64,000 nt of DNA, from the NCBI GenBank assembly GCA_030390025.1, contig CM059431.1, forward strand, positions 149,918,001 to 149,982,000. The letters run 5' to 3'. The notes beneath the pieces were generated by a model. It saw only the letters and a program-made list of their open reading frames with translations. It was not told where the DNA came from and searched no databases. Shown here piece by piece: positions 1 to 13,700 of this stretch. The translations under genes and the position numbers were made by a program. Positions within the stretch are counted from its first letter, which is position 1; each line of letters starts with the position of its first letter. This DNA comes from Squalus acanthias (taxonomy: Eukaryota).

Positions 1-200
1 ATGGAGCCTGGGATCTTCCCTCTCTTTGTGTAAGGCTCAGCACCACAATCACTGTCAACAACTAACATACCACAGGCCGGTAATTGAGTCTGCGCCCTTT
101 CTTCTCTATGTGCAGGGCTCAGTACCACAATGACTGTGAACAACTAAATTACCACAGGAATCGAGCCTGGGCCCTTCTTGCTCTGTGTTTGGTTCAGAGC
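1..200. repeat. 80/82-bp satellite monomers (same family as 2927-28830)
   Basis: GGAGCCTGGG...CTCTGTGT...GCTCAGTACCAC...AACAACTAACATACCACAGGCCGG motifs, about 2.5 units. Confidence 0.9.
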
Positions 201-365
201 TGGGAATCGCCTGTGAAATCAGCCTAAAAATTCAAAGCACAAACCGCCTAACATCTATCTCGAAATTTAGAGATACATTTTCGAGTGGATGAGCTAGCCG
301 GAACCTACCTCAATCGGTCCTCCCTGTCTGATTAATTACTTAGGAGACGGTAGAAATGAACGGAA

Positions 366-736
366 GAGATTTACCAGAATGGGACCAGGGATGAGGGACT
401 TCAGTTACGTGGAGAGATTGGAGATGCGGGGATTGTTCTCCATAGAGCAGAGAAGGTTAAGGGAAGATTGACCAAAATGGTACCAGGGATGAGGGACTTC
501 AGTTATATCGAGAGACTGGAGAAGGTGGGATTGTTCTCCTTAGAGTAGAGACGGTTAAGGGGAGGTTTACTAGAATGGTACCAGGGGATGAGAGACTTCA
601 GTTACGTGGAGAGACTGGAGAAGCTGGGATTGTTCTCCTTGGAGCAGAGAAGGTAAAGGGGAGATTTACCAGAATCGTACCAGGGATGAGGCACTTCAGT
701 TATGTGGATAGACTAGAGAAGCTGGGATTGTTCTTC
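366..736 (+). repeat. 98-bp tandem repeat (~3.8 copies) of a CR1 LINE ORF2 C-terminal segment
   Basis: Units start at 366, 464, 562 and 661. They translate as RFTRxVPGMRxFSYVxRLEKLGLFSL, matching the RFTRMLP..SYEERLRELGLFSL region of the intact CR1 ORF2 in this window. Confidence 0.9.
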
Positions 737-752
737 GCCTTTGCGCAGAGCG

Positions 753-825
753 TCCTGGCTAGCCCAGTCGCCAGAGAATAAATCTCTTAATCGCAATGTC
801 GTGGGTTCCAGCTCGATGCTGGGTG
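753..825 (+). pseudogene. tRNA-Lys(CTT) pseudogene
   Basis: 73 nt colinear with vertebrate tRNA-Lys-CTT as recalled (55/73 identical by eye). Anticodon loop CTCTTAA is intact, B box is broken (GGTTCCAGC), stems are mismatched, and a T-run follows at ~839-845. Confidence 0.8.
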
Positions 826-1089
826 GTTTGTGGTTTGATTTTTTTAGGCTGGTTTCACAAGGCAATCCCCTGTTCTGAATTCCTGGGCAAAGAGTGCAAG
901 GAGTGTTTGATATAAATGAGATTCAGCAACAGTATTAGGAAATCTCTCCCTGATTCGTGACTCACTCCAACATCTCGCTGCTGAAGATTGAACGTTATTT
1001 AATTCCAGCTGCAGCTGGGGCGTCAGTTCGGCCCTGTGGGACTTCGAGCCCATCTCTCCCTCCATCACCCATGGGTGCCATGAAAACAA

Positions 1090-1302
1090 CGGAGAATTTG
1101 TATTGTGTTCAGTTTTGGTCTCCTTACCTAAGGAAGGATATACTTGCCTCAAAGAGGGTGTAATGAAGGCTCACTAGATTTATTACTGGGACGAGAGGAT
1201 TGTCCCATGGGGAGGGATTGAGTAAAATGGGCCTGTATTCTCTGGTGTTTAGAGGAATGAGAGGCAAACTGATTGAAACGTACAAAATTCATAGAGGGCT
1301 TG
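1090..1302 (+). mobile_element. CR1 LINE ORF2 C-terminal fragment
   Basis: YCVQFWSPYLRKDILA...MGLYSLVFRGMRGKLIETYKI, with an in-frame stop. Confidence 0.9.
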
Positions 1303-2250
1303 GTTCTACCATCTCAGATGCGAGTGTGCTCCAAGCTGAAACGCGGCAGACAGCTGGCGATTCAGAGAACCTCGTGGACTGTGATCTCTTTGTCACTTTA
1401 GAATGGCTGCTCTGACAACATTCCTGCTGACAAAAACAAGCTTTCCAATATTTATCAATTCTCTCGCCCCCTTGGTTACACCGACTGACGCTATCAGGCA
1501 GCACCTGTGTTGACGCGATCCCCATCGTCTTTCGAGGCTTCCTTTTCTGTTGCTTCTAAGACAGCCTGAATCACAATTTGGGAAATTGGTCAGCTTCCCA
1601 GCACACCTTCTTGAACAGTCAGTTTACATTTCCTTTGTTGAATTAATACCTTTAGCCAAACTCAACTCCTTTAGCAGGTCTATAATCCAGGTAAGGTTTT
1701 AGGATCCTTAAAAGCGATGTTGAAATGTCGGAAATCCTTCTGGAGGAAGCGGATTAAAGGATGCAAGCTATAACAAGCATTGAGTCCAAAACTGAGCGGA
1801 ATGGCCCAACAGTTTAAATTCTCAAATCGCCGATCCTGCACTGTGTGTTAAAGCTCTGCACCATTGCGCTGCTTTCGTGATGTTTAATTTGCAGCAAATT
1901 CACCAAATGGAAAAGAATCGAAGGGATCATTAAGATAATCTAACCCCTCCGATATTTAACGACTGTACAATATGTTGAAAATAGTTGCAATCCCACGTTG
2001 CATTTTATTCAAGTTTGTTGCGATGTGATTTCCATTACTGCCATTTGTGATACCTCTTTAAATCGCAGGTACACAAATGAGAAATTTTTGTCCACTCGCT
2101 CTCTGTACCTGACACTGAGCTGGCACTGTTCCAACAGAATGGGCTCCCCCTGCAGCTCTTACTCCTCGGTTTAAAACTTTGTCCATTTTTGAGCTCGATA
2201 AAGACTGAAGCTGGGTTAAGTTCTCATTCCCTGAGACATTAAGAAGATAC

Positions 2251-2390
2251 GAACATAAGAATTAGGAGCAGGAGAAGGTCAAAAGTTTCCTCCAGCCTGC
2301 TCCGCCAGTCAATAAGATCATGGCTTATCTTTGACCAACTCCACTTTCCCGCCCAATCCCCATATCCCTTGATTCAACTAGAGTCCAAAC
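2251..2390 (-). mobile_element. CR1 LINE 3' end fragment
   Basis: ACATAAGAATTAGGAGCAGGAG...CCTGCTCCGCC...AATAAGATCATGGCT is the reverse complement of the CR1 3' UTR seen at 40660-40750 and 63960-64000. Confidence 0.85.
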
Positions 2391-2430
2391 ATTACATTTA
2401 AAATGCATTTTTTGAGAAATTTTCCAATAG

Positions 2431-2926
2431 TGCAGGGAATCGAATCTTCATTACTGAGCCTGCCTCCCGCAGTTTAACAGGGCAGTTTACCTGATCTACA
2501 TTTCTTAGAGTTGTCCAGTCAGTGAGTTGATGATTGAAGTCACATTGATTGAATTGTTGGATTGCGTTGAGTGATCATCCTCAATATCGCTATTTAAATA
2601 TATTAACCATGAGTGGGAATAGTGTCTCACGCTGCTGTGCCCACCTGACTGGCACTAATAGGATCATGTAATTTGAGCGTCTCAGTGCAGGTTTCCTTTG
2701 TTTGCAATTCAGGCAAAAGTCAAGCGAACAGCAGCTACTCCAGGAACAGAAATCAGCACTTCTCACAGAAAGTGCGGGCATATTTAATCGTTTTTAGGAC
2801 CAAACATGATTTCTACCTTATGTGTCAACCTGTGTGATCAGTGAGTGTTTCAGCATAGTCCCTAACAGTGTAAATATTTATTCCACGGCATGTCTGCTTT
2901 TCCTCCGTCTGTTTGAGGATTCAGCC
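2431..2926 (+). repeat. Non-satellite cassette copy 1 (3'-truncated, unique left flank)
   Basis: Starts TGCAGGGAATCGAATCTTCATTACTGAGCC and is homologous to copies 2-6. Confidence 0.9.
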
Positions 2927-5900
2927 TGCGCCCATCCTGCTCTGTGTGTGGTTCTCGGTATCACACCGGGTGTGAACAGGGAAGACACCAAAGGACAGGA
3001 CATATCCTGGGCTCTTCTTGCTCTGTGTGCGGGGCACAGTCTTTCTCCAAATGAGAACAACTGACATACAACAGGTGAGAGAATGCTCCTGGGCATTTAC
3101 CGCACTCTGTGGAGCTCAGTGCCACACCGAATGAGAACAACTGATGTACCACAGGCCAAGAATGGAGCCTGACACCTTCCAGCTCTGTGTGGGGCTCAGT
3201 CCCTCACTGAATGAGAATAACTAACATACCACAGGCCGAGAATGGAGCCTAACCCCTTCCAGCTCTGTGTGGGGCTGAGTCCCTCACTGAATGAGAATAA
3301 CTAACATATCACTGGACGTCAATGTAACCTGTGCACATCGCTCGCCTTGTGTGGGGATCAGTACCTCAACAAATGAGAACCACTCTCCTACCAAAGGCCG
3401 GGAATTGAGACTGGGCCCATCCTGCTCTATGTGGGTCTCAGTCCCACACAGGTTGTGATCAGCTAACACAACACAGGCCGTGGAATGATCCTGGGCCCAA
3501 ACTACACAGTGTGGGGCTCAGTACCACACAGGTTTTGATCAGCTAACACACCACAGGCCGTGGAATTATCCTGGGCCTATCCTGCTCTGTGTGGGGCTCA
3601 GTACCACACAGGTTGTGATCAGCTAACACACCACAGGCCGTGGAATTATCCTGGTCCTATCCTGCTCTGTGTGGGGCTCAGTACCACACTGCGTGAGATC
3701 AGCTAACACATCACAGGCCGTGGAATTATCCTGGGCCCATCTTGCACTGTGTGGGGCTCAGTACCACACTGCGTGAGATCGTTTCACACACCACAGGCTG
3801 TGGAGTGTTACTGGCACAAACCTGCACTGTGTGGGGCTCAGTACAACACCGGGTGAGAGCTGTTCACTCAGCACAATTCGGGGATGGAGCCGGGGTCCTT
3901 CCTGCTCAGTGTGTGACTCTGTACCACATGAGGGAGATCAGCTAACACAGGACAGGCCGGTATGGATCCTGCATCCTTCCTGCTCTGTGGGGCTGAGCAC
4001 TACATCCCTTCAGATCTGTTAACAGAGCATGGGCCTTTCCTGCTCTATATTTGGTGATCAGTACCTCACCGAATGAGAACAACTGGTATACCAATGGCCG
4101 GGAATGGAAACAGGCCCATTCCAGCTTTGTGTGGGCTCAGTATCACACTTTGTGATATCAAGGAAAACACCACAGGAAAGGGATTGATCCTGGGCCCTTC
4201 CTGCACAGTGTGTGGGGCTCAGTAACTCACTGAATTAGAATATCTGACCAATCACAGGCAGGGAATGGATCCTGGGCCTTTCCTGCACTGTGTGGAGCTC
4301 AGTTACTCAACAAAAGAGAATAACAGACTTACCACAGTCCGGGGGTGATCAGTTAACACAGGACAGGCCGGGATGGATCCTGCCTTTTTCCTTTTCTGTG
4401 GGGCTGAGCACTGCACTGGTTCAGAAATGTAAACGGAGCCTGGGCCTTGCCTGTTCAATACCTTGCTGAATGAGAACAACTGATATACCACAGGCCTGGA
4501 ATGGTGCCTGGGTCCTTCCTGCTCTGTGTTTGCGGCCCAGTACCTCACGGAATGTGAACAACTAGCATACTACAGGCCGGTAATGGAGTCTGGGACCTTC
4601 CTGTTCTGTGTTTGCGGCTCAGTACATCACGGAATGTGAGCAACTTACATACTACAAGCCGGGAAAGGAGCCTGGGCCCAATCCTGCTCTGTGTGTGGTG
4701 CTCAGTATCTCAACGGGTGAGATCCGGAAAAAAAAACAGAGGAGAGGGAATGATGTTGGGCCCTTCCTGCGCTGCGTGGAGCTCAGTACGTCACCGAATG
4801 AGAATAACAACACATAACACAGGGCGGGAATGGAGCCTGAGCCAATCCTGCGTGGAGCGATCTTCAATAACACACTGAGTGATATCAGCTAAAACATCAC
4901 AATCACTGGAATGATCCTGGGCCCATTGTGGTCTGTGTGGTGCTCAGTACCACACCGGGTAATATCAGCTAACACATCACCAGCACTGGGATGATCCTGG
5001 CCCCAACCTGCTCGGTGTTGACTCAGTACCAAACTGGGCGAGATCAACTAGCACACTGCAGGCGGTGGAATGATCCTGGTCCCATCCTGCTCAATGAGGT
5101 GCTCAGCACCAAACTGGGCGAGATCAACTTGCACACTGCAGGCGGTGGAATGATCCTGGGCCCGTCCTGCTCTATGTGGTGCTCAGTTCCAAACTGGGCG
5201 AGATCAACTAGCACACTGCAGGTGGTGGAATGATCCTGGGCCCATCCTGCTCAGTGTGGTGCTCAGTACCACAATGGGTGCTGTCATCTAACACACCACA
5301 GGCCGTGGAATGATCCTGGGCCCAACCTGCTCTTTGTGGGGCTCAGTACCACATTGGGTGAGATCAGCTAACACACCACAGACCGAAGAATGATCCTGGG
5401 CCCATCCTGCTCAGTGTGGGGCACAGTACCACACTGGGTGAGATCAGCTAACAGACCACAGACCGTGGAATGATCCTGGGCTCAACCTGCTCTGTGTGGG
5501 GCTCAGTACTACGCCGGTTGAGATCAGCTAACACACCACAGACCGTGGAAATATTCTGGGCCTATCCTGCTCTATGTGTGGTGCACCGTGCAACACTGAA
5601 TAAGAACGACTGATATACCACAGGCCGGGAATGGAGCCAGGCCCCTTCTTGCACTGTGTGGAGCTCAGTACCTCACCGGATGAGGATAAAAGACATACCA
5701 ATGGTCGGGAATGGAGCCTGGGTCCTCCATTCTCTCTGTGTGTGCGCAATACCTCACCGAATACGATTAAGAGACATACCACAGTCCGGAAATGGAGCCT
5801 TGACTGTTCATACCATGTGTGTGTGTCTAAGTACCTCACCGACTGAGAACAGCTGACATACCACATCCCGGGACTGCAGCCTGGGACTTCCCTTCTCACT

Positions 5901-8900
5901 GTGTGGGGCTCAGTACCTCACTGAATGAGAATAACAGACATACCACAGTCCGAGAAAGGAGCCTTGACGGTTCTTATTCTCTCTGTAGTGCTCAGGACCT
6001 CACCGAATGATAACAACTAAAATACCACAGGCCGGAAATTGCACCTGGGCCCATCCTGCTGTGTGTGTTGAGCTCTGTTCCGCACCAAATGAGAATACCT
6101 TATACACCACAGGCCGGTATTGGATCCTGGACCCTTCCTGCTCCGTGTGTGATGCTCAACCCCACGGAATGTGAACAACTAACATACCTTAGAACGGGAA
6201 AGGATCCTGGGCCCATCTTTCTCTGTGTGTGGGGCTCAGTACCTCACCGATTGAGAATGACTGACACACTACAGGCCGGGAATGGAGCCTGGGCCCTACC
6301 TGCTCTGTGTGTGGGGCTCCGTAACTCACCAGGTGAGATCAGGAAAAATACCACAGTACAGGGAATGATCCTGGGCCCTTCCTGCACTGTGTGCAGCTCA
6401 GTCCCTCGCCGACTGAGAATAGCAGACATAACGCAGACCAGGAATGGAGCCTGGGCTCTTCCTGCTCTCTGGGTGGGGCTCAGTAACTCACCGAATGAGA
6501 ATAACTGGCATACCACAGGTCGAAAATGAAGCCAGTGGCCTCACTTCTCACTGTGTTGTGCTCATTACCTCACCGAATAAGAATAGCAGACATACCACTG
6601 GCCGGGAATGGGGCCTAGGCCCTACCTTCTCTCTGTTTGGCGCTCAGTATCTCACCAACTGACAAGAACTGACATACCACAGGCCGAGATTACAGCCTGG
6701 AGCCTCCCTTATCACTATGTGGGGCTCTGTACCTCACCGAATGAGAATTATAGACATACCACAGGCCGAGAATGGAGTCTTGACGCTTCCTACCTCTGTG
6801 TAGGGCTCAATACCTTACCGAATGAGAACAACTAAAATACCACAGGCCGGAAATTGCAACTGGGCCCTTCATGCTCTGTGTTTGGGGCTCTGTTCCTCAC
6901 CAAATAAGATTACATTGCACAACACCGGCCGGTAATGGATCATGTGCCCTTCCTACACTGTGTGTGATGCTCAGTGCCCCACGGAATGTGAACAACTAAC
7001 ATACCACAGGCCGGGAAAGGTGCTTGGGCCCATCTTTCTCTGTGTGTGGGGTTCAGTACCTCGCCGAATTAGAATAACTGACACACTACATGCCGGGAAT
7101 GGAGCCTAGGCCCTTTCTGCTCTGTGTGTGATGCTCAGTGCCCCACGGAATGTGGACAACTAACATAGCACAAGCCGGGAGTGGAACCTGGGCGCTTTCT
7201 GCTCGCTGTGTGGGACTCAGTAACTCAACAGGTGAAATCAGGAAAAGCACCACAGGACAGCGAATGGATCCTGGGCCCTTCCTGCTCTGTGTGTGATGTT
7301 CAGTACCCCACGGAATGTGGACAACTAACATACCACAGGCCGGGAATGGTGCCTGGGCCCATCTTTCTCTTTGTCTGGGGCTCAGTACCTCGCCGAATTA
7401 GAGTAACTGACACACTACATTCCGGGAATGGAGCCTAGGCCCTTTCTGCTCTGTGTGTGGGACTCAGTATCTCACCAGGTGAGATCAGGAAAACACCATA
7501 GGACAGGGAATGATCCTGGGCCGGTCCTGCGCTGTGTGTGGGGCTCAGTACCTCACCGAATGAGAATACCAGACATGCCACATGCCGGGAATGGAGCCTG
7601 GAATCGTCCTGCTCTGTGATTGACTGCGTAACCAATTTGGGGAGATCAGTTAACAGAGGATGGGCCGGGATGGATCCTGCGTCTATTATGTTCTGTAGGG
7701 CTGAGCTCAACACAGGTTCAGATTACTTTACAGAGCATGGGCCATTCTTGCTCTGTCTGTGGGGCTCAGTTAACCACCGAATGAGAATAACTGACACACC
7801 ACAGGCCGGTATGGATCTTAGGCCCTTCCTGCTCTGTTTGTGGGGCTCAGTACCTCACCGAATGAGAATAACTGACAAACCACAGGCCGGGATTAGAGCC
7901 TGGGCACATCATGCTCTGTGTGTATGGCTCAGTACGTCACCGAATGAGAATAACTTACACACCACATGCCGGTATGGAGCCTGGGCCATTCCTGCTCTCT
8001 GTTTGGAGATGAATATCTCACCGAATGAGAATAACTGACATACCTCAGCCCGGGAATGGAGCCTGGGCCCTTCCTGCTCTGTGTGTGGGGCTCAGTACCT
8101 CACTCAATGAGAACAACTGAAATACCTGAGCCCGGGAATGGAGCCTGGGCACATCATGCTCTGTGTGTGTTGCTCAGTAAGTCACCTAATGAGAGTACAT
8201 GACATACCTCAGCCCGGGAATGGAGCCTGCACCCTTCCTGCTCTCTGTGTGGGGCTCAGTACCACAACGAATGAGAACAACTGACATACCACAGGCCGGA
8301 GGTGGAACCTGGGCTCTTCCTCTGCTGTGTGTGGTGCTCAGTATCACTCCGATTGAGAACAACTGACATAGCACTGATCGGGAATGGAGCCTGGGACCTT
8401 CCTGCGCTGTGTGTGGGGCTCCGTACCTCACGGGATGTAAACAACTAACATAGTAAAGGCAAGGAATGGAGCCTGGGCCCATCCTGCTCTGTGTATGGGG
8501 TTCATACCTGCTCTATTTGTGTTGCTCATTATCACACCGGGTGAGATCACGCAAAACATAACAGGACAGGGAATGATCCTGGGCACTTCCTGCACTGTGT
8601 TAAGCTCAGTACCTCACTGAATACGAATAACAGACGGAACTCAGGCTGGCAATGGAGCCTGGGCCCTTCCTGCTCTGTATGTGGGGCTCAGTACCACACC
8701 GAATGTGAACTGACATACCATAGCCAGAAATGGAGCCTGGTTCCATGTTGCTCTATGTGGGGTTGAGTACCACACTGGGTGATATCAGAAAACACACCAA
8801 GAGCACTGGAATTATCTTGGGTCCATGCCGTGGAATGATCCTGGGCCTATCCTGCACTTTGTGTGGCGCTCAGTACCTCACTGAATGATAACAAAAGAAC

Positions 8901-9168
8901 TACCAAAGGCGGGGAATGGAGACTGGGTCCTTCCATCTTTGTGTGATGCTCAGTTCCTTACCAAATGAGAACGACTAAGATACCACAGGAGAGGACAATG
9001 CTGCTGGACACTTGCTGCTCTGTGTGTGGGGCACAGTCCATCTCCTAATGAGAATAACAGATATACCACAGGACAGGGAATTATCCTGGGCTCTACCTTC
9101 TCACTGGGTGGGGCTCAGAATCTCACCGAATGAGAACAACTGGAATACCACTGCCTGGGAATGGAGCC

Positions 9169-9765
9169 AGTACTACAGATAATCGAATCTTCATTACTGA
9201 GCCTGACTCCCGCAGTTAAAATGGTCAGTTTACCAGTCATAGTCTGATCTAGTTTCTTAGTGGTGTGCAGTCATTGAAGTGCATTTGATTGAATTGTTGG
9301 ATTGCTTTGAGTGTTCATCCTCAATATCTCCATTTAAATATATTAACCATGAGTGGGAATAGTGTCTCACGCTGCTGTGCCCACCTGACTGGCACTAATA
9401 GGATCATGTAATTTGAGCGTCTCAGTGCAGGTTTCCTTTGTTTGCAAATCAGGCATCCAGTAAAGCGAACAGCAGCTACTCCAAGAACAGAAATCACAAC
9501 TTCTCAAAGAAAGTGCGGAAACATTTAATCGCTATTGGGACCGAGGATGTTTTCTGCCTTACGCCGTCAACCTGTGTGGTCAGTGAATGCTTCTGTCCAG
9601 TCCCTAACAGTGTAAATATATATTTCACGGTATGAATGCTGTTCCTCCGTGTTTTTGAGGAATCAGCCCCATTGTTCTGAAATGTTTCTTACACAGGTGG
9701 CTGTTTTGTGATGTCAGTGCCAAGAATGCCATGCTTTTACCTTTTATTATTTATTCAATGTGATT
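9169..9765 (+). repeat. Non-satellite cassette copy 2 (3'-truncated)
   Basis: AATCGAATCTTCATTACTGAGCC...TTTAAATATATTAACCATGAGTGGGAATAG...ACACAGGTGGCTG. Confidence 0.9.
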
Positions 9766-12700
9766 TTGATTACATACACACCACAGGCCGGGGAATGTTT
9801 CTTGGCCCATGCTAATCTGTATGGGGCTCACTACCACGCTGGATGACGTCTGCTAGCAAACCACGGGTCTGGGAATGATCATGGGCCCATCCTGCTTTGT
9901 GTGGGGCTATGTACCACACTGGGTGGGATCAGCCATCCCACCACAAGCCGGTGAGTTGTTCTGGACCCCTCCTGCTCTGTGTAGGTCTCAGTACCACACT
10001 GGGTGAAATCTGCTAGCACAAGAATCCGGTGTATTGATCCTTCTCCCGTCCTGCTCTGTGCGGGGCCCAGTACCACACTGGGTGTGATCAGCTAAAACCG
10101 TGAATGCTCCTCGGCCTATCCTGCACTGCGTGTGGGGCTCACTGTGTGAGAACAGCTCACTCAGCACTGGCCTGGATCGATCCTGCCTCTTTCTTGTTGT
10201 GTGGGGCTGAGCACGACAACTGATCAGATCTGTTAAGAGAGCCTTGGCCATTTCTGCTCTGTGTGGTGGCCAGTACCTCACTGAATGAGAATAACTAACA
10301 TACCACAGTCCGGCAAGGAGTCTGGGCCCATCCTGCACTGTGTTGGGCTCAGTACTAAACTGGGTACGATCAGCTAACCCGCCACTGGATGCAGAATTAT
10401 CCTATGATCATCCTGGTCTGTGTGGGGCTCTGTACCTAACCGGCAGATATCAGCTAACAGACGACAGTCCGTAGAATAATCCTGGTCCCAACGTGCACAG
10501 TATGGGGCACAGCACCTCATCTAATGAGATTAACTGACATACCACAGGCCGGGAATTTGAGCCTGGGCACTTCCTGCTTTGTGTGAGTGCCTCAGTACCT
10601 CACCGAATGAGGATGACAAACATAGCACATGCCGGGAATGGAGCCTGGGCCCTTCCTACTCTCTGCGTGTGCCTCAGTACCTCACCGAATGAGAACAACT
10701 TACATACCCGAGGCCGGGAATGGAGCCTGGGCCATTCCTTCTCTCCGGGTGCAGATCAGTACCTGACCAACTGTGAACAACTGACATACCACAGACCGGG
10801 AATGGAGCCTGGGTCCTTTTTGCTCTGTGTGTGGTACTCAGTTCCTCACCAAATGAGATTAATTGACACACCACAGGATAGGGAATGGAGCCTGGGCCCT
10901 TCCTTCAGTACCTCTCGCAATGTGAACAACTAACATACTACAGGCCCGGAATGTAGCCTGGGCACATCCTGTTTCGTGTGTGGGGCTCAGTACCTTACCG
11001 AATGAGAATTACTGACATACCACAGGCCGTGAATGGAACTTGCGCTCTTCGTTCTTTCTGGGTGAGGCTCAGTATCACACCGTGTGAGATCAGAAAACAA
11101 AACACAGGTCAGGGAATGATCCTAAGCCCTTGTTGTTCTGAAATCGTGGCACAGTCCACCTCCAAATGAGATTAACTGACACATCACAGGATAGGGAATG
11201 ATTCTGGGCCCTCCCTGCACTGTGTGGAGCTCAGCACCTCACAGAATGAGAATAACAGACATAAAACAGGCCGGGAATGAAGCCTGGGCTCTTCCTTTTC
11301 TCTTTGCGGGCCTCAGTACTTCACCGAATGAGAACAACTGACATACCACAGGCCGGGAATGGAGCCTTGGCATTTCCTGCTCTGTGTGGGGCTCAGTCCC
11401 TAACTGAATGAGAAGAACTAACATACCACAGGCCGGGAATGGCGCCTGGGCACTTCCTTTGCTGTGTGTGGCGCTCAGTACCTCTGCGAATGAGAGCAAC
11501 AGATATAGCGCAAGCCAAGAATGGAGCCTGGGCACTTCCTTTGCTGTTTGTGGGGCTCAGTACCTCACTGGATGGGAACAACTGACATACCACAGGCCGG
11601 GAATGGTGCCTGTGCCGTTCCTGCTCTGTGGAGGGCTCAGTAGCTCATCAAATGAGAATAAATGACACACCACAGGCCTAGAATGTTGCCTGGGCCCTTC
11701 CTGCTCTGTGTAGGGCTCAGTACCTCACTGGATGGGAACAAATGACATACCAGATTCCGGGAATGGTGCTTGACCCGTCCTTCGTGTGTGGGCCTCAGTT
11801 CCTCATCGACGGTGATCAACTGACATACCACAGACCGGGAAGGGAGCCAGCACCCTTATTTCGCTGTGTTTGGGGCTCAGTACCGCATCAAATGAGAATA
11901 ACTGCATACCACAGTCTGGGAATGGAGCCTGGGTTCATCCTGCTCTTTCCGGGCTCAGTACCACAACGGGTAAAATTTGCGAACACACCAAATCGGTGGA
12001 ATGATCCAGAGCACAACCTGCTCTGTGTAGGGCTCAGTACCACAGCGGGTTTGATCAGCTAAAGCACCACATGCCGGGGATTGCTCCTGGGACTATCTTG
12101 CACTGTGTGTGGGGCTCTGTTGCACATTCTGCGGGAGCAGCTCACTCAACACAAGCCAGGGATGGAGCCTGGTATCTTCCTGCTCGTTGTGTGACTCGGT
12201 ACCACACGGGAGAGATCAGTTAACACAGGACAGGCCGGATTAGATCCTGAATCTTTTCTGCACTGTGGTGTGGAGCATTACACCGGTTCAGATCTGTTAA
12301 CAGAGCCTGGGCCATTCCTGCTCTGTGTTTGGGTCTCAGTACCTCACCGAATGAGAACAACTGATATAACACAGGCCGGGAATGGAGACTGAGCACTTCC
12401 TGCTCAGCGGGTGGTGCTCAGTACCTCACGGGATGTGAACAACGAACATAGTACAGTCCGGGAATGAAGCCTGGGCCCTTCCTGCGCAGTGGGTGGGGCT
12501 CAGTACCTCACCGAATGTGAACAACTGACTTACTACAGGCTGGGAATGGAGCCTGGGCCCAGCCTGTTCTGTATATGGGGCTCAGTACCTCATAGAATGA
12601 GAATAACTGACACACCACAGGTCGGGAATGAGCCTGGGCCCTAACCTGCTCTATTTGTGCTGCTCAGTATCACACCGGGTGAGATCAGGCAAAACACCAC

Positions 12701-13053
12701 AGAACAGGGAATGATCCTGGGCCCTTCCTGCACTGTATGAAGCTCAGTACCTTACCGAATGTGAATAACAGACATAACACCTGCTGGTAATGGAGCCTGG
12801 GACTATCCTGCACTTTTTGTGGAGCTCAGTACCTCACCAAATGTGAATAACAGACATAACACCGGCTGCCAATGGAGCCTGGCCCAATCCTGCTCTGTAT
12901 GTGGGGTTCAGTATCACACTGAATGATGACAACAGAAATACCTCAGGCGGGGAATGGAGACTGGGTCCTTCCATCTTTGTGAGGGGCTCAGTTCCTTACC
13001 AAATGAGAACAACTAAGATAACACAGGAGAGGGCATGATGCTGGACACTTGCT

Positions 13054-13700
13054 CACCTGAATGCCACTAATAGGATCAGGTAATTTGAGCTTCTCAGTGT
13101 AGGATTCTTTTGTGTGCAAATCAGGCATCCAATCAAGCGAACAGCAGCCACTCCAAGAAGAACAGAAATCATCACTTCTCACAGAAAGTGCGAGCATATT
13201 TAATCGTTATTAGGAGCGAAGATGATTTCTACCTTACACCGTCAACCTGTGCGGTGAGTGAGTATTTCTGGACAGTCCCTAACTGTGTAAATATGTATTC
13301 CACGATATGCCGGCTTCTCTCCCATCTGCTTGAGGATTCAGCCCCATTGTCCTGAGCTGTTTCTTACACAGGTGGCTGTGTAGTGATGTCAGTGCCGAGA
13401 ATGCCGTGCTTTAACCTTTTTAATATTCAATGTGATTGCTTTATTCAGACTGGAATATTATTTGAATCTGTGGCATCAGTAAGGCAATCGGGTTAATGTT
13501 TTCATCCAACAATTAATGATCCCTGAATCAGGCCGAGCTCACGCACCACTTTCGAGCAATGGCTACCTTTATGATTTGTCGTTGAGTTAATTGATACTGG
13601 AGCAGTTTCTGGGTGTTGGGTCAGTTTACAGATGTTGTGTTAAATCCAGACATCAGGTGAGATACGATAGTTCAGCATAGATCAGAGAGGAGGCCTGGAA
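13054..13700 (+). repeat. Non-satellite cassette copy 3 (5'-truncated)
   Basis: Begins at CACCTGAATGCCACTAATAGGATC and runs to GATAGTTCAGCATAG. Confidence 0.9.

Noticed and set aside
737..750. CTTTGCGCAG resembling the U4 snRNA 5' end
   Set aside because: The match is only ~10 nt and nothing downstream agrees.
753..825. Functional tRNA-Lys gene
   Set aside because: The B box and several stem pairs are disrupted.
1302..2250. Possible gene or exon in the unique stretch
   Set aside because: No recognisable ORF, RNA or repeat signature by eye; left unannotated.
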